64,000 nt of DNA, taken from the NCBI GenBank assembly GCA_026025075.1, contig JAPEUI010000033.1, positions 1 through 64,000 of the forward strand. The letters are read 5' to 3'. The DNA is from Vezdaea acicularis. Lineage: Eukaryota. This document shows positions 12,891 to 25,396 of this stretch, one piece after another. The notes under the pieces were generated by a model. That model saw only the letters and a list, made by a program, of their open reading frames with translations. It did no database searches and was not told the DNA's origin. Every line of letters starts with the position of its first letter. Position 1 is the stretch's first letter. The position numbers and the translations under genes are program-made.

Positions 12891-13187
12891 TCATCCCCTC
12901 CCCATCCCCCCACCTCCCCAGCCCCAACCCCACAAAAAAAACCGCCACCGCGTGGGCTCCGCCATTCGAGCACTCTCCACCCCCCTCTTTTCTTTCCACA
13001 TCCTCAAACAACATACGAAATTCCCGAACCACCACACCCCTCAAGGCGAAGGAGTATGATGCGTCGAATTACGTCGCCGCGCTCTTCACAAGGGGGAGGG
13101 GGATTATATAAGACATCAGGCCTCAGGCAGTACGAGAGAATTTCAGGGTTTCCTTCCTCACCGCTTCATACGCGTGGGAAGCAGGGA

Positions 13188-13326
13188 CGGGAAGGGAAGG
13201 GAGGGGAAGGGAAGGGAGGGGAAGGGAAGGGAGGGGAAGGGAAGGGAGGGGAAGGGAAGGGAGGGGAAGGGAAGGGAGGGGAAGGGAAGGGAGGGGAAGG
13301 GAAGGGAGGGGAAGGGAAGGGAAGGA
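13188..13326. repeat. Polypurine tandem repeat, 15-bp unit GGGAAGGGAAGGGAG, about 9 copies
   Basis: Directly visible array. Confidence 0.92.
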
Positions 13327-14126
13327 GTATGAGAAGGGAGGGGAAGGAGTGTGGGGAACGGGGATGGGATGGGTGGTGCAACGCGAGTAAGAAACTTGCT
13401 CAACCATGAATTTTGAATTCTGATTCTGATTTTAGCAAGGAACCAAAAAATATTGAGAATGATGATGCTTCGCTATATATGGGCGCTGGCTAAAACGCCA
13501 TCAGAAATCCAAGTTCCAAGTGCCAAAGACCCAAGCACCCCCCCGCAGCCAAGAAAAGTGGTGGGGATTCAATTCCAACCCTGTCCAATCCAAGTCCGTC
13601 TGATCCAATATCGAACCTAGCCCCCTTACGCGTACGACCACGCCCCCTTACCCGTAGCGCGCCGGGAAAGAATCCAGGAGAAGAGAAATTTTTGAAGAAT
13701 CGTTTCCTCGTTACGCCCGCGCTTCTCCCCCCCACCCCTCTCCATTTCCCAGCCCTCGACTGGTGGGAAGGGGAGGTAAAGGACAAAGCGGCCGTGGTAT
13801 GGTATGATATGGTACGATGCATGCAATGACCGATCCTTTCTCCATCTAAGACAAAGATGTGAAGCGAAGGTATGAGTTGAGTATAAGCTTGAGAAAAAGT
13901 GGGGGGGGATGGCTTGCTAGTTCCTGCCAACAAGATCATGAGTGAGTGAGCGAGCGATGGGTTGACAGATCGGATTGAAGGTGAAGGGAAGGAGGTGATG
14001 GATCTTCGCAAAAAGTCGCGGCACGCTGATGGGAGATGCAGATATGATTTCATTGAGTGCTGGTTTGAGGAGCTCGTTTTCTTGTTCTTTTTTCTGTTTC
14101 TCTCTTTTGAGTTCTGGCGGCGAGGG

Positions 14127-15788
14127 CTACCGCGCGGCAGGAGATGCTGCTACTGTGTCGTGCCCACCTCCTTGCTCCTGCTCTTCTTCCTCCCCAGCCT
14201 TCACCTTGGCCTTCGCCTTCGACTTCTGAAGAGAGCGGCGCGAGTCTGTACTCCGCGGCCGCTGCTGGCCGGGGAAGCCGACGGCGTCGCCAGGGTTGGT
14301 GAGGGTGGGGGTATTGGCTTGCGAGGAGCCGCCCTTCTGGCTGTGGTAGTGCACTACTTGCGGAGGCGTCTGGCCGAGCTGCGTGCCAAGCAGGTGGGGG
14401 GGATAAGGCTCGAGGTCTTTGGAGGAGGTGGAGAACGATGAGACGGTGGGAGGGTGCTGCTGTTGTTGTTGTTGCTGCTGCTGCTGTTGTTGTAGTGGTT
14501 GTTGGCCGTTGCCGTGGCTTTCGGTGGCGGCAATTGCGGCACCTGCGGAGGAGAGGCCAGAGGAATGCTCGGTTTGAGTCGGAGTCTCAATTTCGCTGGC
14601 CGAGACGGGCGTCATCAAGTCGCCTGTCAGGCTGCGCCAGCCGCCTTGGATATCTCGTAGCAGCCGCACGTACTCTTCCGGCACGAGCCCGCTTTCGCGC
14701 GTTTTGGGGTCTTCGGCAACGAGCCAGCCTTGGCCGTGCCGATAGGAGACCCATATCACCTGGCCTTCAACGAGGGGTAGTTCGTTCTCGTTCTCGCGGG
14801 CAAAGTCGAATAGGGCAACCGCTTTACCATGCATCTCCTCGTCCGGAGAGGCGATAGTGAATTGATAGTCCCGTGAATACCTCGAGTCGTTGGGATCATA
14901 TCTTGGGGAGGAGGGGGTGTCAGAGTCATCAGAGTCATAGCCGGAGTTCTGTCTTGACTCGTTGACGTACGATCGGTTGGGTAATAATGCCGCGAAATGG
15001 GAATCTCTTCTTCCATCGCTGTTTGATCCTGCCATCGACCGCCGCGAGTGGTTGGGTGGATACGTCACGTACTCGCCCCCAGGGCCGTTTGCTGGTTCGT
15101 TATTTTCCGTCACATAGTACGTTTTACTCCCATCTTTCGCTGTCCCTGCGTAATACGCCCTGTTATCTTCGTCCGCGGAGATCTCTCCCATCTTGCCCCT
15201 GGTAAAGTTTGTCGCGGTCGACGACTTTGGCTTTTTGTGTTTTGAGTTCTTGACGACTGGGCTCTTGATGTCCTCATCTTCGCTATAAGGGGGGCCGTCC
15301 CGTTCACGTCTGTGGTCCCCTTGCTCTTTTCCTGTGAAAACGATCCCTCCCCATGGTCCTGCCGACCATCCTCCCGCTGCGCTTCCCCACGCTTTCGCTG
15401 GATCCGAGAGCCTCCTCTGATATTCGCTCGCTGGTGTCGAAGCGCCCGATGGAACCGCTGATGACTCTGGCGGTGGCCCATAGTGCATGGGGTGAATGAT
15501 GGGATACGCAAAGTCACGGACTAGCGTGTATGGTAGAGATGTATGAAAGATGGGGAAGACATGAGAGGGCGGCCGTGATCGATCTTGAGGCCATCCCGAA
15601 CTATTGTTGGAGTACGTCGAAAAACGATTTTGAGCGTAAGACGGAGGGCGCTGTAAGTTGGAGCGCCTCGGAGTAGATGTTACTAGTGGAGGCAGCGCGG
15701 CGAGGTTCTGGCTTGAAGGTGATGTCATTGGAATGGGCTGGGGAGATGTTGAAGGAGATGAGGAAGAAGGTGAAAGCACAGCCGTCAT
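14127..15788 (-). CDS. NBP2: SH3-domain adaptor, Nbp2-like (HOG pathway)
   Basis: SH3 KAVALFDFARENENELPLVEGQVIWVSYRHGQGWLVAEDPKTRESGLVPEEYV; conserved LPYTLVRDFAYP..HPMHYG; poly-Q. Start chosen at MTAVLS. Confidence 0.85.
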   Translation of the reverse strand: MTAVLSPSSSSPSTSPQPIPMTSPSSQNLAALPPLVTSTPRRSNLQRPPSYAQNRFSTYSNNSSGWPQDRSRPPSHVFPIFHTSLPYTLVRDFAYPIIHPMHYGPPPESSAVPSGASTPASEYQRRLSDPAKAWGSAAGGWSAGPWGGIVFTGKEQGDHRRERDGPPYSEDEDIKSPVVKNSKHKKPKSSTATNFTRGKMGEISADEDNRAYYAGTAKDGSKTYYVTENNEPANGPGGEYVTYPPNHSRRSMAGSNSDGRRDSHFAALLPNRSYVNESRQNSGYDSDDSDTPSSPRYDPNDSRYSRDYQFTIASPDEEMHGKAVALFDFARENENELPLVEGQVIWVSYRHGQGWLVAEDPKTRESGLVPEEYVRLLRDIQGGWRSLTGDLMTPVSASEIETPTQTEHSSGLSSAGAAIAATESHGNGQQPLQQQQQQQQQQQQHPPTVSSFSTSSKDLEPYPPHLLGTQLGQTPPQVVHYHSQKGGSSQANTPTLTNPGDAVGFPGQQRPRSTDSRRSLQKSKAKAKVKAGEEEEQEQGGGHDTVAASPAAR

Positions 15789-16438
15789 GATTAATCCCTT
15801 CCCATCAAAGCGCCTGCGATTACGGATGATTACAACTCCATGAAAGCCGTCGTGTGGTTGTTTTCGGTAGCCAAAAATAAACTTGAAACATACCCCGGCT
15901 GTGGCGGTGGTCCAATCATAAGCGAGTATGCACGTGACTTCAATTGAAAGCAGTTTCATCGTGCTCGTTTGCACACAATCGCCTCATGTCACTATCCGCC
16001 TGTGAAGTTCCGACGAAGGATCTAGAGTCGGAAGTGGAGCTGGTAAGTCTATCTATGCCTGGTATCGCCCTGTCTTAAAGTCATATGTGATGAACCTCAT
16101 TATTGGAGCTGTCCTATCTCCTACGGGAATGAGGACATAGACATTATTACGCAGCTTGGTTGTCTGATTTATGAACCATATATTTCTGCTTGCAAACAAA
16201 GCGCGCTGCAGCATTTTGTTTGCTTACTGACTCGAAGTAGTGAAAGACAGCCTCACCTCGCACTGTCCTAGCAGAATACTTGGGAAAAGGGTCTTGGGTG
16301 AATTCTGCTCGTGGGGCTGATTAGAGACGACGGATGGCAACGCACCCGTGGCTTTGAATTTTGAATGAGGAGTAGAAGTATAGCTAGTTCTCTTGTGGTC
16401 TTAAAAATTGTACTGAAGATTCGTCAACTTTGATTAAC

Positions 16439-17188
16439 ATGACGACAACGAACGGGAGCAAACTTGCTCCTGAAGCGGAGGGAGGATTCAAACTGAAATT
16501 CTGCACCGTCTGTGCAAGCAACCAAAACAGATCAATGGAAGCGCATCTTCGCCTCTCCGCTGCCGCCTACCCAGTGATATCATTCGGGACCGGCTCACTT
16601 GTCCGTCTTCCTGGCCCCTCCATACACCAACCCAACGTCTATGCCTTCAACACCACCAGCTACGACAGCATGTACAAAGAGCTTGAAGCAAAAGACCCAC
16701 GTCTATACCGTGCTAACGGGCTACTCAACATGCTTGAGCGTAACCGCAACGTCAAGTGGGGCCCGGAGCGGTGGCAGGACTGGAAAGCTGGCGTGCCTCG
16801 GTTGGAGCATATAGAAGATAAGGGAGCCGTGGGGGTAGAAGGAGGGGTCGTAGATGTAGTGTTTACGTGCGAGGAGAGATGCTGGGACGCGGTAATAGAC
16901 GATCTACTCAACCGGGGAGCACCCTTAAACCGGCCGGTGCATGTCATCAATGTGGATATCAAGGATAATCATGAAGAGGCGCTGGTTGGGGGCAGGGCCA
17001 TTCTCGACCTCGCAGATACGCTGAACAAAGCTGCGATGGAGGAGAGAGATGTAAAAGGGTCCAATGGGTGGGATGAAGGGACAGGGTCGGGGAGAAGTGG
17101 GTTTGATGAGAGAGTGCCCGATATTATTGCTGAATGGCAGGAGAGGTGGCCAAACCTCCCAGCAACTTGGACGCTCAGCTGGTTCTAA
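16439..17188 (+). CDS. SSU72: RNA polymerase II CTD phosphatase Ssu72
   Basis: Catalytic motif [14 protein letters not shown], plus [10 protein letters not shown] and [10 protein letters not shown]. Confidence 0.97.
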   Translation: MTTTNGSKLAPEAEGGFKLKFCTVCASNQNRSMEAHLRLSAAAYPVISFGTGSLVRLPGPSIHQPNVYAFNTTSYDSMYKELEAKDPRLYRANGLLNMLERNRNVKWGPERWQDWKAGVPRLEHIEDKGAVGVEGGVVDVVFTCEERCWDAVIDDLLNRGAPLNRPVHVINVDIKDNHEEALVGGRAILDLADTLNKAAMEERDVKGSNGWDEGTGSGRSGFDERVPDIIAEWQERWPNLPATWTLSWF

Positions 17189-17553
17189 GCAAAAGTACAA
17201 ATATTGATTCAAGGGGGTATTCATATCGACATGGCGTTGAAGGTAGCGCAGGTCGTCCATGACTTTGATTGTGAACACATTCGAACATTGATAGTATGGG
17301 CGTTGCCGCTGCATATGGAATGAGCTTTATACGGAGTTATCAGACGGGCTAGATAAATTGGTAGACCTAAATATCTGGCCATACCTCCAAATCAAAATTT
17401 CGCTCAGCTGATTAGCCATGATACAAGATATGGTTCTAGCGCCGCTAAACGATGCACCTCCAGAAACGCATGCCATTCACAGCATTACGCAATTACCAAA
17501 CAAGCAAGCTATGCGCCTAGGCTAATTTATAGTATTCCAGCCCCTGCCCTCGA

Positions 17554-19436
17554 TCATCCGAGGAGATCGTCCAACCCGTTCCCAAGCGGCTGCCCTCCCG
17601 TCTGAGGCTGTATAGGTTTCTGTTGCTGCTGAGTAGCAGAGGCAGGACCAGCTCCCCAAATCCCAGCGGTAGCTTTCTCCTTGGCCATGCTCGCTAAGTT
17701 GGGCCCCTGGTTGGTAGGTGTGCTTGTCTTCTTGATCCCCGCGCTAGCGCTTGACCAAAGGGAGCCGAAAGCGTCACCGCTTGCTGAAGCAGGCTTAGAG
17801 CCACCAATTGGCTTGTTGGTGGAAGATGGACTCATCACAGCTCCACCGGCGGTGGGACCGGGATGTGGTTGCGCAGAAGGTATAGGAACGGAAGTGAAGT
17901 AATTGGGTTGAGCGCCTTGATAACCAGATGGTTTCGGCAGCTGTTGAGTGAATGCTGGAGGGGAGAAGGCGGATGCATTGGAAGGTGTGGCATTTGAGCT
18001 GGGAGCAGGGGATATGGATGCGAAGCCGACCATGTCTGTAAGATTTGTTCCCTTGGATGCCGAGACTGGCTGTGGGGACGCGTATTGGGTTGAAGCGGTA
18101 GTTGTGGCAGAAGACATTGGGGGTTGGAGACTTGAATAGTTTGGCTTCGGCAGAGCCTGTGGCTTCGGGAGAGCTTGGGGTTCGGGTGTAGCAGACTGGA
18201 ACTCGTCGAAGTCATCCTCCTCTGCTGCAGCTGATGCCGAGTGCATGGTGCCAAAGTCATCCAGGGCTGAAGAGGCCGGCTTTTTACCGCTTGAAGGAGG
18301 ATCTCCGGGTTCTGCAGCGAGTATGGCATCGTCGTTGAAATCGAAGAGGTCTTGCTCAGGCGCGGTCTTCTTTGGAGGCTCCGGCTTCTTTGTACTTCTT
18401 TCGCGACCTGCGCGGGCAGCTGCTGAGTTATCAGGTTTCCTGCCAGTAGCAGCCACAGCTCCCTCGTCGTACTCGTCGTATTCTTCGAATCGGTCCCGCC
18501 TACTTCCAGTGCCAGAATCCTGAAAACCGCCGCTCGATTGCGCACTGAAACCTCCACCGTCGCCATAGACACCACCGCTGAAGCCGCCGTATCCTGCGTC
18601 TTCGCTACTGAAGCCACCGTACCTACCCCCTGAGCTGCTTGACATCCCCCCGCTAAAGCCAGGCCCACCCTCAACCCCACTATACTTGTTTCTTGTGGCC
18701 TTTGCTTTTTTTCTCTCTGCACGAATTCGCTCCACGTCACTTAGGAGTTCCGCCAACTCCTTCGCCCGGCTCCGAACATTTACTCCCTGATCTTTGCCGT
18801 TTTGGTCGATGTAATGGAATTGACGTAGCATCTTCAAGAGAGATAGGTGGGAGCGAGCATCGTCAATAACTCGCTCTGAACCATTCTTGATGAGGAATTC
18901 CAAAAGTTGCAGTGCCTTGCCTATAATTAGCCTGAACTTCCAAAAAACATGCCAGCCGGGACAGTGTGAAAGTATTCAACAAACCTTGTATATTTGCCTC
19001 CACTCCTCGGCGGACTTCTCCGTGAATCTCTTATATATCATGGGCATGATCTCGTTAATCAATTGACTGCGATTGACAACGGTGAGCGTGATGGAGTTTA
19101 GTGCGACACATCAGACCACAAACTAGTTAAAGGTCCCATTGGCAATTTCTTGCATCAAGGTGGAGGATGCGCCCCATGGTTCGTTATTGGTGGCTTCTCG
19201 GACCTTGCGGCGTGTTAAATGCACTTCTTGTGCAGAGATATTTTGGGGTACATTACATACCTTTGCCTCCATTTCTGTATAATTCATCACCGCTGAATCC
19301 ACCACCGTCAGTGAATACCCCAAGGGCCCACGAGGGGGATGAAGGAGGGCTGACCATTTTGGACTTTTCGGACACCTGCCTTGATGTCGTAAAGCGTCAG
19401 GTTGCTGACCTGGTCTTTTAAAGAATCAAAATTCAT
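17554..19436 (-). CDS. ENT3: Epsin-related ENTH-domain protein, Ent3-like
   Basis: MNFDSLKDQVSNLTLYDIKAGVRKVQN / AVMNYTEMEAK / VREATNNEPWGASS / WRQIYK / ALQLLEFLIKNGSERV across several short introns; DLFDF and DDFDEF motifs; C-terminal DDLLG. Confidence 0.92.
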
Positions 19437-20274
19437 GATGAGAGATTGATCAAATATGCTACAAAAACTCGTGAATGACTCTCGTTTTTTTTTGCCCTAA
19501 CGCCTTCTGTATCAAGGGTAAGCCTGGAAGTGCGGCGTTGTTATTCGGTGGTGGCTCGAGCTGGAGCCGACCGAGAAATTCAGCCAGTATTTGTCCGAAT
19601 CACGTGTTCATGGCATGACAGTTCCCTTAGCCAAGGACAATCTTCTTGACATGGTCTCAAATGTTATCAGAGATTCGGAAATTGTTCTTGATAGATTCTG
19701 ATTGAGTTTAATATTTGGCCATTGGCCCACTCTCCTATTGGCGCACGTGTAGGTATTTGCATGCACCCGGATAGTAGGTCCAGGGAGGCATGGCGTAATT
19801 TCAGAAATTTCGTCAAGGAGAACTCGGCGGTTCACTGCCTATCAGATTACCCTCTACTACCATGACTTGTAGATATACTCCAGCACTACCAAACCTGTGA
19901 AGACTGTCACCTTTGGATGATCTGTTTTTCAACTGTTGGATCATAGTTCAAGCCGCAAGCCGATTGGCTCCATCTCGCCTGCCCCCCACCTAGTCCCTTC
20001 GAGCTCCGTTGCCCCTCGATTACCCCTCCATTTCTAAGTAGGCGCTCAGCGAGGAGTAGAGAGGCGCCGGTGGATTAATCTCGAACTGGGCTTTCCACTG
20101 TCGACAATAGATTGTACTGTTATTTAATAATAGAGCCGGGACTTCATTTCTTTCCGCGATCTGCAGACTTTGTTCCTTCGGTGAGCGTGTTTTTCTAGCC
20201 TGCATCCTGTCTGCCTCTGACGTTTGGGCTGGCCTAGACGGGCTGCCCCACCTTCTGACAGTTGGAACAGAAAA

Positions 20275-21264
20275 ATGCCCCTCCTTCGCAGCTGCAACCC
20301 CGCCTCTTTCCTCAAACCTTCCTTCATACACTCAGCATACCAAAAACCAGTTCGGATTGTACGTCCATCCCAGCTCAACAGATTCATCAACAACTCATCT
20401 ATACGGGCATTTTCCTCTTCTCAAGGTTACTTCAAAATGCCTACCCAGACTTTCTTCGACGTGGCCTGGACGGATCCACGCACCAAGTCAGGTAAGTGGC
20501 AATATGCCATACCCACGTTTATCCCTCACCATTGAGCATTCAGGCGCCATTGAAACCACGATTCCCCCACTCTCCATTTACCTGATCTCACCTCATTTTA
20601 ACCCGACCCATTGCTAACGCGTCTTTCTCTTGTAGAGCAGACCGGTCGTATCAACTTCCTCCTCTACGATGATGTGGTACCAAAGACTACCGAGAACTTC
20701 CGTGCCTTGTGCACTGGTGAGAAAGGCTTTGGTTATGAGGGTTCCGGGTTCCATCGAATCATTCCACAGTTCATGCTTCAAGGTGGAGACTTCACTCGCC
20801 ACAATGTAAGCCACACCACATAAAGGGCCTTTGATATCAAAGCCAGAAAACCTCCCTGCCCTCTGCTACAGCTCATACAATATCACGCTATGCCCAAGTA
20901 ACTAACTTTACAATCAAACAGGGCACTGGTGGCAAGTCAATCTACGGTGAGAAGTTTGCTGATGAGAACTTCAAGTTGAAGCACACCAAGCCTGGTCTCT
21001 TGTCGATGGCTAATGCTGGGCCTAATACGTTGGTATACTTTCTCGTCTTCCATGGACTCTAATTGACAAAATCACAGCAATGGTTCTCAATTCTTCATTA
21101 CCACCGTGGTCACTAGCTGGCTTGACGGCAAGCACGTTGTCTTTGGAGAGGTCGCGGACTCCGACTCTATGCGCGTTGTCGAGGCTCTAGAGCAAACTGG
21201 CAGCGGCGGTGGGAAGACTAACGCACCCGTCAAGATTTTGAAGTCTGGCGAGCTTAAGGAATAG
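20275..21264 (+). CDS. Cyclophilin A-type peptidyl-prolyl isomerase with N-terminal mitochondrial presequence
   Basis: [45 protein letters not shown] and [10 protein letters not shown] over 4 exons. In-frame ATGs at 20275 and 20437. Confidence 0.96.
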
Positions 21265-21581
21265 ACCTGGTAGATCATTGGGTGGCTCAGTGCGATAGGA
21301 AAAGAATACGCGCTGATTCAGCTTTCTCTGGATTCAGTCAAGCCAAGGCGAAGCCTCGTCGAGTGTAGAGATGATGTAAAAGTTGGAATCAACCTAGCTC
21401 AGCACTCAGTAACATCTTGATTACAGCTTATCTCCATTATCATGCCTATTTGAACCTACACTACTGCGATTAAAGGATGTTCATAGCTCCTTGGACCAGC
21501 AAGCTTTCTGATGCGTCTAGCTGCCCAAGCCCTGGAGTGTTCGTTCTCCTTAGAAGGCCATGCAGTACTCCCATCCTTATG

Positions 21582-22650
21582 CTATATCTCAAGCCACTTC
21601 TTGAAATACTCGCAATTGCTTGCGCTGACTGGACCGCCTTCTTCACATAGATTAAAAACAGGACACCTTCCACACGGCGCTTCCGTGAAGCCATTATCCT
21701 GAGTACCGTCAATAAGCGCACTCCGAACAGCTTTGTATGATGTACCATTCATGACCTTTTCTAACTTCCCATCATAGCATAACACATCTAGCAACGTCGA
21801 CGTTGCCTTATCATCTAACGTGACCTGTGATACGTTCAGACTATTAAGGTGCTTTCTGACCTCTGGCGGCTTCGGATAATTCTGATAGCCTGGAGGTAAC
21901 GGTAAGAGGTCCATCACTGACGAATGATTTGTCCCTAGCGCCTGGTCCCGTTCTTTGGATGCTTGTGCTCTGCTCATCTTACCCTTCTTCGCCACCCTCT
22001 TGGCCTGCACCTCTACGAAGCTCCGACTTACGACGTACTTGTGCGCTAGCTCCGACATGAGTCTTATGAAGTCTTCGTCCAGCTCTCCCTCCTGGTACCA
22101 TGGCCCACCCGTCATCTGCTCCGTGGGAGCTAGAGACGTGAGCATGTATACCTTCTGTGTAGGGGCTTTGACATTGAAGACACTCTTGATGAGGCCTTTG
22201 TTCTCGAGAGCCTTGATACATCGAGTAATGACAGACTGGTGGATGTTGGCTTTGGACTTCAGGGTGCGTGTCCACAGCCCATCGCGGCCAGAATTCTCGA
22301 TGTAAGTATAGATCATGGCCTCATCGGCTCCCATAGACTTGTACCTAGTAGCAATTGGCAATCAGTTGTAGATTCTTGAAGGAACTTAACAAGTCAGAGT
22401 AAGATTACTTTTCTATGTCCTCCTTCGAATTGACCTTCCATTTCGGAGTCTGATTCTCCAAGAAAAGTGTAAGCAGCCTTTTGCTCAGGAGGGTGTTGAC
22501 GCACTCCATCAGGACTCCTGCATCATCACCTGGGATAACTCCAAGAGCGAGCAACTCATCCTGGTCGAGCAATTTTCCTGAGTACTTAATGTGGCATTTA
22601 TCGTATAAAGCATCAGTGAGCTGCTGTATAGTGGGGTCATCTACCTCCAT
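21582..22650 (-). CDS. RPC34: RNA polymerase III subunit C34
   Basis: Winged-helix region IYTYIENSGRDGLWTRTLK, TGGPWYQEGELD, and C-terminal Fe-S motif PCGRCPVFNLC...CEYF. One intron near 22345-22407. Confidence 0.95.
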
Positions 22651-23000
22651 GGCCGCTGATATTCATCCATGCGGGAACGTAAGGTCGGTGGGGACTATTT
22701 TAAGCAAATAGTACGAAACATTCAAAGAAGCAGCGGGAATATTACGAACACAAGTGAGGTTCTTGTGTTCTGTCTTCTGTCCTGTGGCACCAACAATTTG
22801 AATGAGTAACTGCAGACATTTCTAGCGGGAAGTTTTACGCGGAGTGCAAACAGAGTCAAACAGTGCGGGACACCGCCGAACCGTCTAGAAACCTCAAGCT
22901 CCGCATTTGTTTACAGAGCCCAAGGCAACCTCCAAATCCGCTTCACTGAAAACCGAGTTCCTCATTTTTCAAATCTACATCAATTTGCACACATTTCACT

Positions 23001-24117
23001 ATGGCAGACGGTCACAAAGCAGAGGCCGAGGAGCAGAAGAAGCTTGGAACTGAGAACTACAAGAAGCGGCAGTTCGATGCGGCTATTGAACATTACAGCA
23101 AGGCTTGGGAGCTACACAAAGATATTACCTACCTTAACAACCTCGGTGCAGCGAAATTCGAGAAAGGAGATTACAAAGGTGCCATCGATGCCTGCAAGCA
23201 AGCAATAGAGGAGGGGCGTGAGATTCGGGCAGACTTCAAAATCATTGCAAAGTAACACTCCTGTCCTCTCAGTCACATGAGGACAACAACTGACCATTTA
23301 AAGAGCATTCGCGCGTATAGGCACTTCATATGAGAAGTTGGGCGACCTTCCTAACGCTATCGATAATTACCAAAGGTCGCTGACCGAGCACCGAACTCCC
23401 GAAGTCCTCACTAAGCTCCGCACTGCGGAGAAAGCCAAGATTGAGAAGGAGAAGAAAGACTACATTGACCCCGCCAAAGCTGAAGAAGCTCGTGAAGAAG
23501 GCAACCAAAAATTCAAAGCAGCAGACTGGCCCGGTGCGGTAGCGGCCTACTCGGAGATGATCAAGAGAGCACCGGAAGATCCGCGAGGTTATAGCAATCG
23601 TGCTGCAGCATTCATCAAGCTGATGACCTTCCCTAGCGCAGTGACAGATTGTGACGAGGCGTTGAAGCGGGATCCGAAGTTCATGAGGGCGTATCTAAGG
23701 AAAGCACAGGCCTATTTTGCAATGAGAGATTACAGTAAATGTTTGGATGTGTGCACGGAAGCAGCGGAGCATGATGTGGGCGGAAAGAATGCAAGAGAGA
23801 TTGAGCAGCAGCAGCAGAAGGCGTTAGAGGCGATGTATAGCACGAGGGAAGGCGAGACGGAGCAGCAGACCATGGAGAGAATTCAGAAAGATCCAGAGGT
23901 ACGTTTAGGTATCGGTCGAAATTTTGATCTTTGGTGGGATGGGGATACTAACTGCGTCGAATAGATCCTGGGAATCCTCCAAGACCCGGTCATGCAAAGC
24001 ATCCTGCAACAAGCCAAGGGCGACCCCGCGGCTCTCGCCGAACATATGAAGAACCCCGGCATCCGCGGCAAGATCCAAAAGCTCATGGCTTCCGGCGTCA
24101 TTCGCGTGGGACGCTAA
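23001..24117 (+). CDS. STI1: Hsp70/Hsp90 co-chaperone Sti1/Hop, short form (TPR2A-TPR2B-DP2 only)
   Basis: KKLGTENYKKRQFDAAIEHYSKAW, SLTEHRTP, YSNRAAAFIKL and ILQDPVMQSILQQA...KIQKL. Two introns. Confidence 0.92.
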
Positions 24118-24614
24118 AAATTGGAAACCGGTGTGCAGTGGGACAATGGAGGCAAAAATCGAAATTCGACGAGAAAGGAAAATCCATTGGGTCTTGTATT
24201 TTCAATTTGCTCACACTTAGCGGAATATCAATGGACATAATTTGAGGACCACTCCAACATCACCTACGTGTCTACAAGCCCTCGTTCAGTTGGCGCTATT
24301 TTCTGATTTTTCTCGATTTAAATGTACCTGCATAATGATCGGTCGAAACCGCTCTCGACCCGTTCCTTCGAGTCTGATCATCGACGTCATAGCGACGACA
24401 CTGACGTAGCTACATATCCGATACGCCTTTGTACCCTTGAAAACACCGTTCATAGATGCTAAAGCACCTATCCAATCTCTCCACACGATAAACCCCAAAC
24501 TCGTAGATATCTCGAGTCCTTCCAACTCACGCGATACTTAGACCCGTACCCTAAACCTTAGCCCTACCATCCAGCCACCCAGACCCTTCCTCCTTTGAAA
24601 ACCTCCAAAACAGA

Positions 24615-25031
24615 ATGTCTCCCTCACCTCAAGACCCACACACGGGCGGATCCCTAACAGACATGGCTCCAACCGGAACCAGCATCCCGAACGACGCGGG
24701 CACATACCCAACCCTGCCCTCTGTCCCCAGCCCCTCCACCACCACCGAGGACACCTCCACTTCCCTCGCCTCCGCCGCGACCAATCCAAGCGACATCCCG
24801 CGCTCCACGAAGGACATAGGTGCTACAGGCGAGGTGCAGACGGGAACAGGGGATACGCTACCGGCGACGGCCGAGACAAAGAATCTGCGCTTTGGAGGTA
24901 GTGAGGATGTGAGTAAGGGACACCAGCGCTATGATAAGCATGTGAGGCAGAAGGAAAGTGATTTTGAGAAGTTTGCTGGGGGGGCGGAGGCGGTGGAGGG
25001 GGTGGGTGGGGATGAGAAGGTTGAGGGATGA
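24615..25031 (+). CDS. Small hydrophilic hypothetical protein
   Basis: 138-aa ATG-initiated ORF lying between two genes; no recognisable domain. Confidence 0.55.
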   Translation: MSPSPQDPHTGGSLTDMAPTGTSIPNDAGTYPTLPSVPSPSTTTEDTSTSLASAATNPSDIPRSTKDIGATGEVQTGTGDTLPATAETKNLRFGGSEDVSKGHQRYDKHVRQKESDFEKFAGGAEAVEGVGGDEKVEG

Positions 25032-25396
25032 TGGTGGGGACAGGGGCGGGTGTTCTTGGGGGGAAGGAAAGGTTGGAAGGGGGAGGTAGCTGTGGTTGAG
25101 AGAGGCTTTATGTGGAAGTGCCATATATGAGTTCTTTGGTAGGATTTAGCTGTATTTCTTAAAAAAAGCAGGTGAAGGGTATAGAAGCAAAAAGTTCTCC
25201 GGCAAACCTTCCCCGCTTATGAACATGTAAGGTTCCAGACTAATCATGTTCACGAGAACTATCCCCTCTTTATACCTTCTGCAATCATTGATTGAGTCAT
25301 CGATGCTGCATGTCGACACTATTGCCCATCGACCTATCAACCGATCCAGGATAACGCCATACACCTCCTACAGCGACTCACAACGAACAAAACCCC

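Noticed and set aside
12576..13409. Poly-Pro, poly-Gly and GKGGE-repeat ORFs
   Set aside because: They are translations of the homopolymer and purine repeat, with no coding signal.
22815..22900. Heat-shock elements upstream of STI1
   Set aside because: Only imperfect nGAAn/nTTCn units are present; plausible but not supportable from sequence alone.
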